From an archaeon (GTDB taxonomy: Archaea > B1Sed10-29 > WALL01): a DNA stretch of 64,000 nt. The position numbers and the translations under genes were made by a program. The first letter of the stretch is position 1. Each line of letters begins with the position of its first letter. Shown here in pieces: positions 33,296 to 45,695 of the stretch. Location: positions 266 through 64,265 of the forward strand of contig JBHOSQ010000006.1 in NCBI GenBank assembly GCA_042584585.1, in the 5' to 3' direction. The notes under the pieces were generated by a model. That model had not been told where the DNA came from. It saw nothing but the letters and a program-made list of their open reading frames with translations, and made no database searches.

Positions 33296-33976
33296 ATGAG
33301 TTATGGATCTTCACCCGATCAGATTTTTTCCACAATGTTAGGAATGTTCAAAGGACTACTCGATCACTCAGCTAGTATGTATAACACCGACCGAGGAGAG
33401 CGGATCCCAGATAGCGCGAAAGAGTCGTATAACGGACTAGCACGAAAACTTGAACCCATAACAACGAAAGAGCTTGAGGTGGTGTTTAAAGATAAGGATT
33501 TCTCTCTTTTGGAAACAAAGCCATTGTATCTGCCTTATGCTGATGACGACCAAAAAGTCATACCAATAATCCAAGGTATAGAGTTTGATTTCGCTAGGGA
33601 AACCGATAATATCAAAATCAAATTAGCACTTTGTGATTATTCCAAACCAGAAGAGTATGGTTGCAGGTGTGTTTGTTTCCGACTTGAAGGACCCCACCCC
33701 TCAAACAGTAAACATAACTATTATCATTTGCAAGTCACCGCAGTAGAGGGCGCATTAAAGGAATTTGTGCGGGACACACAAACTGAAGATCTGCAAGAGC
33801 CTATTGATTGGATCCCCGAACATGCGCCACGTATCCCCCTAATGGCAGAGTGCCCTGTAACTCTCCTCATAGCTCTTTTACTCAGTTTGTACGGGAGCAA
33901 ACGAATAGTGAAATATGTTGATCTTAATCGGTTGGATGGGAAATGGCCAGGACTGTTTAACGACATAATGTCCTGA
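33296..33976 (+). CDS. hypothetical protein, third gene of the GHKL operon
   Basis: About 226 aa, same strand, 40-nt gap with GGAG upstream. A hydrophobic segment VTLLIALLLSLYG lies near the C-terminus. No domain recognised. Confidence 0.55.
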   Translation: MSYGSSPDQIFSTMLGMFKGLLDHSASMYNTDRGERIPDSAKESYNGLARKLEPITTKELEVVFKDKDFSLLETKPLYLPYADDDQKVIPIIQGIEFDFARETDNIKIKLALCDYSKPEEYGCRCVCFRLEGPHPSNSKHNYYHLQVTAVEGALKEFVRDTQTEDLQEPIDWIPEHAPRIPLMAECPVTLLIALLLSLYGSKRIVKYVDLNRLDGKWPGLFNDIMS

Positions 33977-34010
33977 GGGGCAGCTTTTTTACTTCGTGAA
34001 TGCCAAGGTA

Positions 34011-35072
34011 TTATGCACATCGCTTCAAATGCTCTTGTATGGAGCGCCCTATTGCCTCTGCCAATTTAACAGGAACTGCATTGCCAATTAGCCGTCCTAA
34101 CTCACCCTTACATACCCGTGCACCATCTGGAACAAATCTATAGTTTGCTGGAAAGGTTTGTAGCAAAGCCGCTTCCCTGAAAGAGATGGCCCTGTCTTGT
34201 TCGGGATGTCCAAAACGACCAGTTCCGTAGATGTATGATTGTGTTGTGATTGTGGGGGACGGTTTGTCCCATTCCATCCGACCATACACCGGCGTATAAC
34301 TTTTACCGGAAGGTTTTTTGTGGCATTCTAGCCTGAGGCGTGGTGGCCAGTCCATCCAAGTGCCACCTGGTTTAGAAGCTCTTATCCTTTCCAGGTTTTT
34401 GCTGCTCAAGCGTGAAGCTTCGTGTATAAAATCGTTAGCATCTTGCTCACCTGCATGTAGAGGTGAGAGAGCGCCTATCGCTCCTCTGACTGTGGAGTAT
34501 TCTGTTTCATCAGCACAAATCGGCGGGATCATATTTATCTTACCAAGCCGTGAAGCTAAAAGCACTAACCTACGCCGACTTTGTGGCACCCCATAACCCC
34601 GGCAATCTCGTATCGCCCAATCTGTTTGATATTCCAACTTGTCAAGTGCCGACAAAAAATCCTGGAACACTTCGTGCCTACACAGCCCGGGCACATTCTC
34701 CATCGTAACTATATCAGGAGTGATATTGCGAATGCACCGAGTGAAGGAGTTCAACAGCCTCCACTTATCATTTTTCTTGTCGCTATCATCTTTCTTGTCG
34801 CGCTTATGCCCTAACTGGGAGAACGGTTGACAAGGCGCACACCCCGCCAGTATCCGCACGCCATTTTTGGGATAAAGAGCTTCAATGTCTCGACTGGTCA
34901 TTCTTTTGATATCCCCTTCAATAAAGACTGCGTCCGTGTTCTCCTCGTAGGGGAAACGGCACGCGGGATCGTTGTCTATGCCCGCCACGACCTTAATGCC
35001 TTCTCGCTCCAAACCATAGGTTAACCCCCCAGCACCGCAAAATAGGTCAATGGCGTAGGCATCTGAGGGCAT
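34011..35072 (-). CDS. dcm: DNA (cytosine-5)-methyltransferase
   Basis: All hallmark motifs are present: DLFCGAGGLTYG (I), GCAPCQPFS (IV, PCQ), TMENVPGL (VI, ENV), QSRRRLVLLAS (VIII), GNAVPVKLAEAIG (X). TATA ttataaata lies 25 nt upstream. Confidence 0.92.
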   Translation of the reverse strand: MPSDAYAIDLFCGAGGLTYGLEREGIKVVAGIDNDPACRFPYEENTDAVFIEGDIKRMTSRDIEALYPKNGVRILAGCAPCQPFSQLGHKRDKKDDSDKKNDKWRLLNSFTRCIRNITPDIVTMENVPGLCRHEVFQDFLSALDKLEYQTDWAIRDCRGYGVPQSRRRLVLLASRLGKINMIPPICADETEYSTVRGAIGALSPLHAGEQDANDFIHEASRLSSKNLERIRASKPGGTWMDWPPRLRLECHKKPSGKSYTPVYGRMEWDKPSPTITTQSYIYGTGRFGHPEQDRAISFREAALLQTFPANYRFVPDGARVCKGELGRLIGNAVPVKLAEAIGRSIQEHLKRCA

Positions 35073-35164
35073 CGCGTAAGATACAGCGGAGGGGTATTTA
35101 TAACCTTTATAGGGCCTTACCTGACTTCCACTAGAGCTACAGCTAACCTTTTAAACCAAAAAAA

Positions 35165-35188
35165 TAGTTGGCAGTGCATAGTCGTTGT
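35165..35188 (+). repeat. second copy of the 23S 3'-trailer processing-stem half
   Basis: agttggcagtgcatagtcgttgta, located 140 nt outside the functional copy and at the right edge of the AT-rich island. Confidence 0.8.
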
Positions 35189-35328
35189 ATATGCCGGATT
35201 AACCGCCAATGCTGGCCTTCCAACAAATAACTATGAACTCAACCAGTAGGAGTGGCACGTACATATGTGCCATTATATATCCTTTAGTTAAATGAATCCG
35301 CATAAGCTCAAACTCAAATAATTGGGGT

Positions 35329-35354
35329 AGTTGGCGTGTGCATAGTCGTTGTGA
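35329..35354 (-). other. 23S rRNA 3' processing-stem half
   Basis: Its reverse complement ..CACAACGACUAUGCACACGCCAACU pairs with 5' flank GUGCAUAGUCGUUGU (38429-38443). A further GUAGGUU/AACCUAC pairing lies next to the mature ends. Confidence 0.75.
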
Positions 35355-35383
35355 ATGAGGTGTAGGTTTCTGTGCAATTCCAT

Positions 35384-38397
<3,014 letters not shown>

Positions 38398-38428
38398 TAT
38401 TTCTTTCACGGGAACCTACATTTCCTCT

Positions 38429-38443
38429 ACAACGACTATGCAC
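38429..38443 (-). other. 23S rRNA 5' processing-stem half
   Basis: acaacgactatgcac on the + strand is complementary to 35340-35354. Confidence 0.75.
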
Positions 38444-38606
38444 GTAAGTTTTACCGACAACACCTGCCAAAGCGCCGTCTCCTTACATCGCATCACGAAA
38501 TTACTCGCGATGTTCATTCGTAATCGGTCCATGCCCGACTCAGCTCCGGCCGAAGCCGGCGTCATTGCCTTCGATACATGGACAATGGTTGTTAAATGGA
38601 TGAACG

Positions 38607-39047
38607 TTATTTCTTCTTTTTTTCTTCCTCGAGCTCTTCAATGGCCCGAAGCTTTTCCTTGACGCCGAGCTGTTTCAACAGCGCGTCGTCCTCGGCCGCC
38701 TCTTTTTTCGCGCGCGACTTTGCCTTGATTTCTTCGATTTTCCGCAGCACCTTGATGCGGCCCTCGAGGCTCTTCACGAACGCGTTGCGCGCGTCCCACT
38801 CCTCGTTAATCGCGGCCTTTTCTTTATCGGTAAAAGGCTCTGCGCCCTTCTGCCCCGCCTCCAAGTCCTCCGGACGTACCGGGCGGGGAAGGATGAGCTC
38901 CGAATTCTTGATTGCTTCTTCCAATGCCTTGACCGTGTTTTTGCAGTCGTGGCAAACCGACAAATGGTCTCCTACTCGCATCGCCGGGACTTTTTGTTTC
39001 TGGCAAGACGCACAAAGCACCTTCTTTTCCTCAATTATCTCGGGCAT
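38607..39047 (-). CDS. zinc-ribbon / coiled-coil protein encoded inside the rRNA operon spacer
   Basis: 146 aa with CASCQK..x15..CHDCK followed by a K/E-rich helical tail. The ATG is only 16 nt downstream of the tRNA-Ala 3' end. The overlapping + ORF 38596..39051 is S-rich and antisense-like. Confidence 0.55.
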   Translation of the reverse strand: MPEIIEEKKVLCASCQKQKVPAMRVGDHLSVCHDCKNTVKALEEAIKNSELILPRPVRPEDLEAGQKGAEPFTDKEKAAINEEWDARNAFVKSLEGRIKVLRKIEEIKAKSRAKKEAAEDDALLKQLGVKEKLRAIEELEEEKKKK

Positions 39048-39063
39048 GTGAACTCACTTGAAA

Positions 39064-39137
39064 TGGACTCGGGGGGATTTGAACCCCCGACCCCCCGCTT
39101 GCAAAGCGGGTGCTCTTCCGAACTGAGCCACGAGCCC
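39064..39137 (-). tRNA. tRNA-Ala (anticodon UGC), no encoded CCA
   Basis: Hand-folded: acceptor GGGCUCG/CGAGUCC with G3:U70. D arm GCUC..GAGC. Anticodon arm CCCGC-UUUGCAA-GCGGG. T arm GGGGG-UUCAAAU-CCCCC. Discriminator A. Confidence 0.9.
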
Positions 39138-39157
39138 AGCTCAATTAAGTGTTAAAA

Positions 39158-39171
39158 ATGTGGGTAACTGC
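39158..39171 (-). other. 16S rRNA 3' processing-stem half
   Basis: atgtgggtaactgc is perfectly complementary to gcagttacccacat at 40890-40903. Confidence 0.7.
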
Positions 39172-39298
39172 CTCAAACGAGTGGTCATAGGATAAAGCAA
39201 AAAGTTTGCTCCAATTAGCTGCACACTCGTAAGTTAGGTGGGGAGGCAGCCGACCGACGTTGACCGAAGTCAACGTCAATGGCTGCTCCCCGAATCTA

Positions 39299-40772
<1,474 letters not shown>

Positions 40773-40889
40773 CAAACCAAACAACAAACGACAAGAGTGT
40801 TGAGTGGCTTTTTTCGCATTATTGGAGCTTGTTTTTTGCCTGAATTGGCAAAAGAGAACTTTTCACGTTTCTCCTTTCACTAGTTTTAA

Positions 40890-40903
40890 GCAGTTACCCA
40901 CAT
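40890..40903 (-). other. 16S rRNA 5' processing-stem half
   Basis: Perfect 14-nt complement of 39158-39171, and together they bracket the 16S. Confidence 0.7.
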
Positions 40904-41132
40904 CAGACCCAAGCGCTCCGCGATGGGAAGCGTTATTCGGGTCCTCATTGAGCCCTCGCGAACGAGGGTCGATGAGCATGAATGAGCATAGCTCAATTCA
41001 AATCATCCATCCAACCCCGGGCAAACTCTAAATCGCCCTGAACGGGGTTTTCACCGGTATTTCAGCTCAATCCCGGTCCGGGATTGAAAAATAATTGCAC
41101 CAAGACGGTGCAGGCTATAGTTTGTTTTAAGT

Positions 41133-41146
41133 GCCTTATAAAGGTA
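41133..41146 (-). promoter_or_regulatory. candidate rRNA operon promoter
   Basis: The reverse complement cctttataagg resembles the local TATA consensus. It lies about 360 nt upstream of the 16S 5' end. Confidence 0.35.
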
Positions 41147-41165
41147 TCGATTTACGGTGTTTTTT

Positions 41166-43478
41166 CTAGGGCCACGACGTCGTATTCAGCAGTTCGGGCC
41201 CCCAAACCAGATAAGTGCAATCCGACGGTTCGACGACAGTATTTGTGTAAAACCCGTCACTTGTAGTGCCGTTGTGCGGAGTGGTGGTCGAACCGCCACA
41301 AGTCTGGTTCAGCGCAACCCACGTCGCGGTGTCCTGGTTGACCGTGTAAGTCAATCGGACGTGCGGGCGGTACACCGACGAAACCGAAGTAACGGCCGCG
41401 CTGTTGTTTGTGTCGCCCGCGAGATAAACCTTCACGGTGAAGTCGTCGTCCACGTCGTCGAACGAGCCCGCGGTGGGAGCGGTGATTGTCTTTGATGACT
41501 CGTTGTAGAGCTGCAGGACTTCGTCGGAGGAAAGCGAGCGGTTGAAAATCGCGACGTCGTCGATTGTGCCGTTGAAATAAGTGTCTTCGTCGGGCTGATA
41601 ACCGATATAGACCGGCTGTGCGTTGTTTGGTATGGAATCGGCAATGGCAGTGTCCGTGTCATCGAGTTCCCGGGTTCCGTTGACAAATATTTGTATGTGG
41701 TCTTGCTCGAACGTGGCGACCACATGATACCAATTGCTTGCCTGAACTTGTGTGGAACCACATAGTTGCGGTTTTCCGGTGTACGGTGTTGTTGTCGAAG
41801 ACACTGTTAAGCAAATACTGGAGTCGTCTGCGTCGTTGTTTTTTCCGACTTGCAGGCTCCACGCCCTGTCTCCGCCGGTGCCGTCGTACTTGGCCAACAG
41901 CCCAGTCCTGTCACTCCAGGAAACAGAGGCCACGTAAACCCAGGCGGACAGGCTTATTGCAGACGAGGGGGTGAGGCTGTCGTGGTCACTGATGGTAACT
42001 CTGTCATTACTGCCGTCAAAGCTGTACGCGCCATTGAACATTCCTGACGGAGTGGATGTTGCACCATTAACTACGCCATTGTTAGTACCCTGTTCGTCGT
42101 TGGCGTTGCCGTTGAGCTTCCAGTAAGAAACAAGCCCTGAGTCGTCGCGCAGCGTAGTTCCGTCCAGGTCGCCAATCAAATCCGTTGCGTAAGTCGCTTC
42201 CACCGAGTCGTCGACGAGCCACTCGATTTTGTCTATGTAGTTGTTGGTATCGGCGTTGGAATAAGCAATGGTTGTGTTCGCAATTTTTCCGGTGTCCACT
42301 TCTTGCTCCGCTGCCTCCCACGTGCCGCTGGGGCTGATGCGGTGGCCTTCGTTGTACATTTCCAGCACTTCGTCCGCGCTCAAGGCGCGCTCGTAGAGCT
42401 TGACTTCGTCGACCGTGCCGTTTAGGCACCGGGTCGGGTAGCCACCGTACGAGTACCGCCCGATGCGAAACGGGTTCGTGTTGTACTTTATGTTGCGTGT
42501 CTCGGACACGTTGTTGCCGACCACGCCGTCCTTGTAAATTATTAATCGGTTGTGGTCATACGTCCCAACAATGTGGTGCCAATTGTTGTCCGTTTCAGTG
42601 ACCTCGACAGTAGTCATCCAGCCACCCGTGAGGTTGCGAATGTACATCCTGTATCTATTGGAGAGGTAAGTAAGTGTCCACCCATAGCCAGTCGTGTGCG
42701 GCGAGCCCTTATCCAAAATAGCATTGGTGCTAGACGAACTTATGTCGTTCAGCTGAACCCACACCGAAAAGCTAAAGTTGTCATTGAAGTTCCCGATGTT
42801 AGCGGCATCGGAATAATTGTTGCCCGTGCCGTCGCCGTGCCTACCGTCGTCGAAAAATCCGGTCACGGGATTCAACGTCGAAGAAACCAAGTCATAGTTC
42901 CCTGTTTCGTCAACCAAGTCACCCTCCAAGCGCCAGTAGGTATACAAGTCGTCGTCCTTGGAAGCATACGGGAAGTCCAGTTCCAAAGTACCGGCGGACT
43001 GGTTGTATCGGTCCGTGGAAGTGGAGGTATTTGTTTTTGTTCCCGAGTCGAACGCTGGGGTGTACGTGGATAATGTAACAGTGGAAGCAGTCAAGGACTC
43101 TTCCTGGATCGCACTTCCCGGGAACGTGAACGTGACCGCCCCGCCAGAAGGCGCGTAAATAGTGACTGTGCCGTCCCGGGGCGGAACGGTGCAAACTGCC
43201 TGGTGCCCGGGCTCAATCGTTACCTCGCCGTCGAAAAAGCAAGCGGTTCCATCAGTGCCGTTCAAATAACTGTACGTGACCGGGGTGCTCCCGAGGTTTG
43301 CCACGGCGACCTCGCCCGTGGCCGGGTCAAGCAAAACGGCTGTTAAGGCAGTGGGGGTAGTGGGGCTGGATTTGGCCGTCGCTAGCCCACCACTAAAGAA
43401 GTAAACACCCACCACGCCCACAATGACCACGGCAGTCACAAGCGCGATGCTCACGGTTGCGGAAAGGCCTTTCTGCAT
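41166..43478 (-). CDS. large pilin-like (class III signal peptide) adhesin with two LamG/concanavalin-like domains
   Basis: N-terminus MQKGLSATVSIALVTAVVIVGVVGVYFFSGG is archaeal type IV pilin-like. It has two LamG_3-like modules (YWRLEGDLVDETGNYDL...FSFSVWVQL...WHHIVGTYD and YWKLNGNANDEQGTNNG...SLSAWVYV...WYHVVATFE). Confidence 0.8.
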   Translation of the reverse strand: MQKGLSATVSIALVTAVVIVGVVGVYFFSGGLATAKSSPTTPTALTAVLLDPATGEVAVANLGSTPVTYSYLNGTDGTACFFDGEVTIEPGHQAVCTVPPRDGTVTIYAPSGGAVTFTFPGSAIQEESLTASTVTLSTYTPAFDSGTKTNTSTSTDRYNQSAGTLELDFPYASKDDDLYTYWRLEGDLVDETGNYDLVSSTLNPVTGFFDDGRHGDGTGNNYSDAANIGNFNDNFSFSVWVQLNDISSSSTNAILDKGSPHTTGYGWTLTYLSNRYRMYIRNLTGGWMTTVEVTETDNNWHHIVGTYDHNRLIIYKDGVVGNNVSETRNIKYNTNPFRIGRYSYGGYPTRCLNGTVDEVKLYERALSADEVLEMYNEGHRISPSGTWEAAEQEVDTGKIANTTIAYSNADTNNYIDKIEWLVDDSVEATYATDLIGDLDGTTLRDDSGLVSYWKLNGNANDEQGTNNGVVNGATSTPSGMFNGAYSFDGSNDRVTISDHDSLTPSSAISLSAWVYVASVSWSDRTGLLAKYDGTGGDRAWSLQVGKNNDADDSSICLTVSSTTTPYTGKPQLCGSTQVQASNWYHVVATFEQDHIQIFVNGTRELDDTDTAIADSIPNNAQPVYIGYQPDEDTYFNGTIDDVAIFNRSLSSDEVLQLYNESSKTITAPTAGSFDDVDDDFTVKVYLAGDTNNSAAVTSVSSVYRPHVRLTYTVNQDTATWVALNQTCGGSTTTPHNGTTSDGFYTNTVVEPSDCTYLVWGPELLNTTSWP

Positions 43479-43546
43479 CTAGCCACAAAAACGTAAAACT
43501 CACTTAAAAAATAGAGGGATGGGGACAAAAAGCCCCCACGCACGAT

Positions 43547-43699
43547 CTACTTCATGAAGAAGTGGTACGCGCCCAGTCCCATTAGACAAATTATGCCGAT
43601 GCCAGAAGCCACGAGTGGCTGCCAGGTCGCGGCGACGAATACAACGCCTGCTGCAACGAACGGCAATGCAACTTCAATTTGTTTTTCTTCTTTTTTCAT
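43547..43699 (-). CDS. small membrane protein (50 aa)
   Basis: MKKEEKQIEVALPFVAAGVVFVAATWQPLVASGIGIICLMGLGAYHFFMK. The longer track ORF upstream part is R-rich and implausible. Confidence 0.35.
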   Translation of the reverse strand: MKKEEKQIEVALPFVAAGVVFVAATWQPLVASGIGIICLMGLGAYHFFMK

Positions 43700-43767
43700 G
43701 TTTGAATCCACTCCAAGAGTGCCTTGCCTAAGCATTAGAAAGGCTTTCTTTTTAAAGGAAACTGGTT

Positions 43768-43980
43768 CTAGAGGCGCGAAAGGGCTTCCTTCATGTCTCT
43801 TCTCGTGATAAACAAGTAGTAGAGCGAGACGGTAAACACACCCCACCACGCGAACCACGGCCCACCGAACGCGCTTGCATCGAGATAAATCAATACGATA
43901 TAGAGCCACGAGACCAGCACGAGCACCATTGCCGCCGCCTCGAAGTGGCAAACCGCGGCGACGCATGTTTTCTTTGCCAT
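43768..43980 (-). CDS. small membrane protein (70 aa)
   Basis: MAKKTCVAAVCHFEAAAMVLVLVSWLYIVLIYL...WWGVFTVSLYYLFI gives two TM helices. Confidence 0.4.
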   Translation of the reverse strand: MAKKTCVAAVCHFEAAAMVLVLVSWLYIVLIYLDASAFGGPWFAWWGVFTVSLYYLFITRRDMKEALSRL

Positions 43981-44013
43981 GGAATTAAATATCAAGTGGA
44001 GCAATATAAGTGT

Positions 44014-44652
44014 ATGGGGAGAGGGCTTGTGGTTGTGCTGTTATTGCTTAGCGTTGCGGTTGCGTGGGACGGGGACACGCATCGCGCGCTCGGCGCCGAG
44101 GTATGCGAACATATACAGTGCGGTTGCCCCGAAGAAATGCGGAACGGCTCCACTGCGCCGGACCTCGTGTTCCACGACACGGCGAGGCATCATTATTATG
44201 ATACTACTTGGGATTGCCCGCCCGGGGAGTGGGTTTGCCCGAACGAAACGGACAAAGTGGCGATGGACTTCGCAGAACAATGGGTTGCGGCGGCCGAAAA
44301 CAGCACGGGGTGCGAGCGGGACTACGCAATCGGAGTCGCGGGCCACTACTTCTTTGACTCCAAAGTGTTTTGGCACAAGGTGCAGAAGGAAAAAAGCAGC
44401 CAGCACTCGTACTGGGAGCAAAAAGTCGGGGAGGCGTATGGCGAGGGGCTTGACTACTGCAAGTATGGTATATGCGTCACGTGGCAGGAGTTCGAGGGGT
44501 GGAAGGAAGAGTTCAACGGAATGCTTGGGCCCAATGGGGCACAATGCATGAGTGACCTGAACTGCAATTGTGTGCAGGGGAAGTGCGTAAAGCCAGAATG
44601 GTGGGAAAATATTATAAACATTGTTCTCAAAATAATCGCTGAGTGGTTCTGA
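44014..44652 (+). CDS. secreted protein, possible zinc-dependent phospholipase C / S1-P1 nuclease-fold
   Basis: ATG 44014 is 25 nt after TATA ttaaatatc. Signal MGRGLVVVLLLLSVAVA is followed directly by WDGDTHRAL, like the mature N-terminal W...H zinc ligands of that fold. His- and Asp-rich. The assignment is tentative. Confidence 0.4.
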   Translation: MGRGLVVVLLLLSVAVAWDGDTHRALGAEVCEHIQCGCPEEMRNGSTAPDLVFHDTARHHYYDTTWDCPPGEWVCPNETDKVAMDFAEQWVAAAENSTGCERDYAIGVAGHYFFDSKVFWHKVQKEKSSQHSYWEQKVGEAYGEGLDYCKYGICVTWQEFEGWKEEFNGMLGPNGAQCMSDLNCNCVQGKCVKPEWWENIINIVLKIIAEWF

Positions 44653-45162
44653 ATGGACGAAGGAAAAAAACCGTGGCGCAGGAAAAACCCGTTCTTTGAC
44701 TTGTTTTCCGAATTCGATAAAATGGACGAGATGATGGACGACATGATGAGCCGCGCCTTCAAGGACTCCAAGTCCATGGAGGGCAAGCCCATGACGTACG
44801 GGTTTTCCATGAAAATCGGTCCCAACGGCAAGCCCAAAATCCAGAACTTCGGCAACGTACGCCCCACCGAAGAGCGCCTTGAGGTGAAGGATCACCGCGA
44901 GCCGTTGGTGGACGTAATGAACCGCGAAAAAGAGATTGACGTGCTGGCCGAATTGCCGGGCGTCGAAAAGAAGGACATTGACCTGCGGTTCGACAACGGC
45001 GACCTGGTTATTTCTGTGCCCAAAAAGTTCCACAAGCAAGTGCACTTGACCGAGAAAGTGGACGAAAACAAGATCAAGGCGACGTACAAGAACGGCGTGT
45101 TGAGCGTGACGCTGAAGAAAGTGGCCGTAAAAAAGAAGGGAAAGAAAGTAAAGGTCGAGTGA
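44653..45162 (+). CDS. hsp20: small heat-shock protein, Hsp20/alpha-crystallin family
   Basis: Alpha-crystallin domain: PLVDVMNREKEIDVLAELPGVEKKDIDLRFDNGDLVISV...ATYKNGVLSVTLKK. Confidence 0.88.
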   Translation: MDEGKKPWRRKNPFFDLFSEFDKMDEMMDDMMSRAFKDSKSMEGKPMTYGFSMKIGPNGKPKIQNFGNVRPTEERLEVKDHREPLVDVMNREKEIDVLAELPGVEKKDIDLRFDNGDLVISVPKKFHKQVHLTEKVDENKIKATYKNGVLSVTLKKVAVKKKGKKVKVE

Positions 45163-45167
45163 CCGAC

Positions 45168-45674
45168 TCACCACCACTGGAACAGGGTGAGGATTACGTG
45201 GACGCCCCCGAAACCCGCGTAGGCAAGGATAAGACAGCGCGGCAGCCGCCCGGCGAACGAAGCCAGGACAAACTTTTTCCAGTCGTAGCGCAGCGCCCCG
45301 GCCAATACCCCCATGACGTCCATTGGAAGGGGAGACAAGGCAAAGAAGGCAATGGCCCAGAACCCGTATTTCTCAAGGTATTCCGTGGCCTGCTTGTATT
45401 TTTTGCCGTGCTTTTTCTTGAGTAGGTGCTTGTCGGCCTCGAGGCCGATGGAGTACGCGACGAGCCCCCCGATGGTCGCGGCCACGCCGGCGACTATTCC
45501 AACGAACAGGGGGTTGAGGAAAAAGTTTTCTGCGCCGAGTGAGCCCGCGAAGAACACGATTAGGTCCGCGGGAAGTGGCAGGACTATGGTGTAGAACAGC
45601 ATGGTCGAGATGAACACACCAAATAAGTGGTACTGCATGACTAATTCTTGCGCAAAGATTATCGGGTCTACCAC
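45168..45674 (-). CDS. DedA/VTT (SNARE-associated) family membrane protein
   Basis: YLEKYGFWAIAFFALSPLPMDVMGVLAGALRYDWKKFVLASFAGRLPR matches the DedA core. Confidence 0.8.
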   Translation of the reverse strand: MVDPIIFAQELVMQYHLFGVFISTMLFYTIVLPLPADLIVFFAGSLGAENFFLNPLFVGIVAGVAATIGGLVAYSIGLEADKHLLKKKHGKKYKQATEYLEKYGFWAIAFFALSPLPMDVMGVLAGALRYDWKKFVLASFAGRLPRCLILAYAGFGGVHVILTLFQWW

Positions 45675-45695
45675 TTGGCAACATACTCCAAACGG

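Noticed and set aside
35189-35328. Possible 5S rRNA or tRNA in the AT-rich 140 nt between the two 23S-trailer copies
   Set aside because: I see no 5S-like helices or conserved loops and no cloverleaf. The sequence is AT-rich and unstructured.
38596-39051. 151-aa + strand ORF in the rRNA spacer
   Set aside because: It is Ser-rich and low-complexity and is the exact antisense of the Zn-ribbon/coiled-coil ORF, which has the more protein-like sequence. It would also run into the tRNA-Ala gene.
44041-45177. 378-aa minus-strand ORF spanning the PLC-like and Hsp20 genes
   Set aside because: It is antisense to a clear alpha-crystallin domain gene. Its translation is H/V/R/F/L-rich and low-complexity without motifs.
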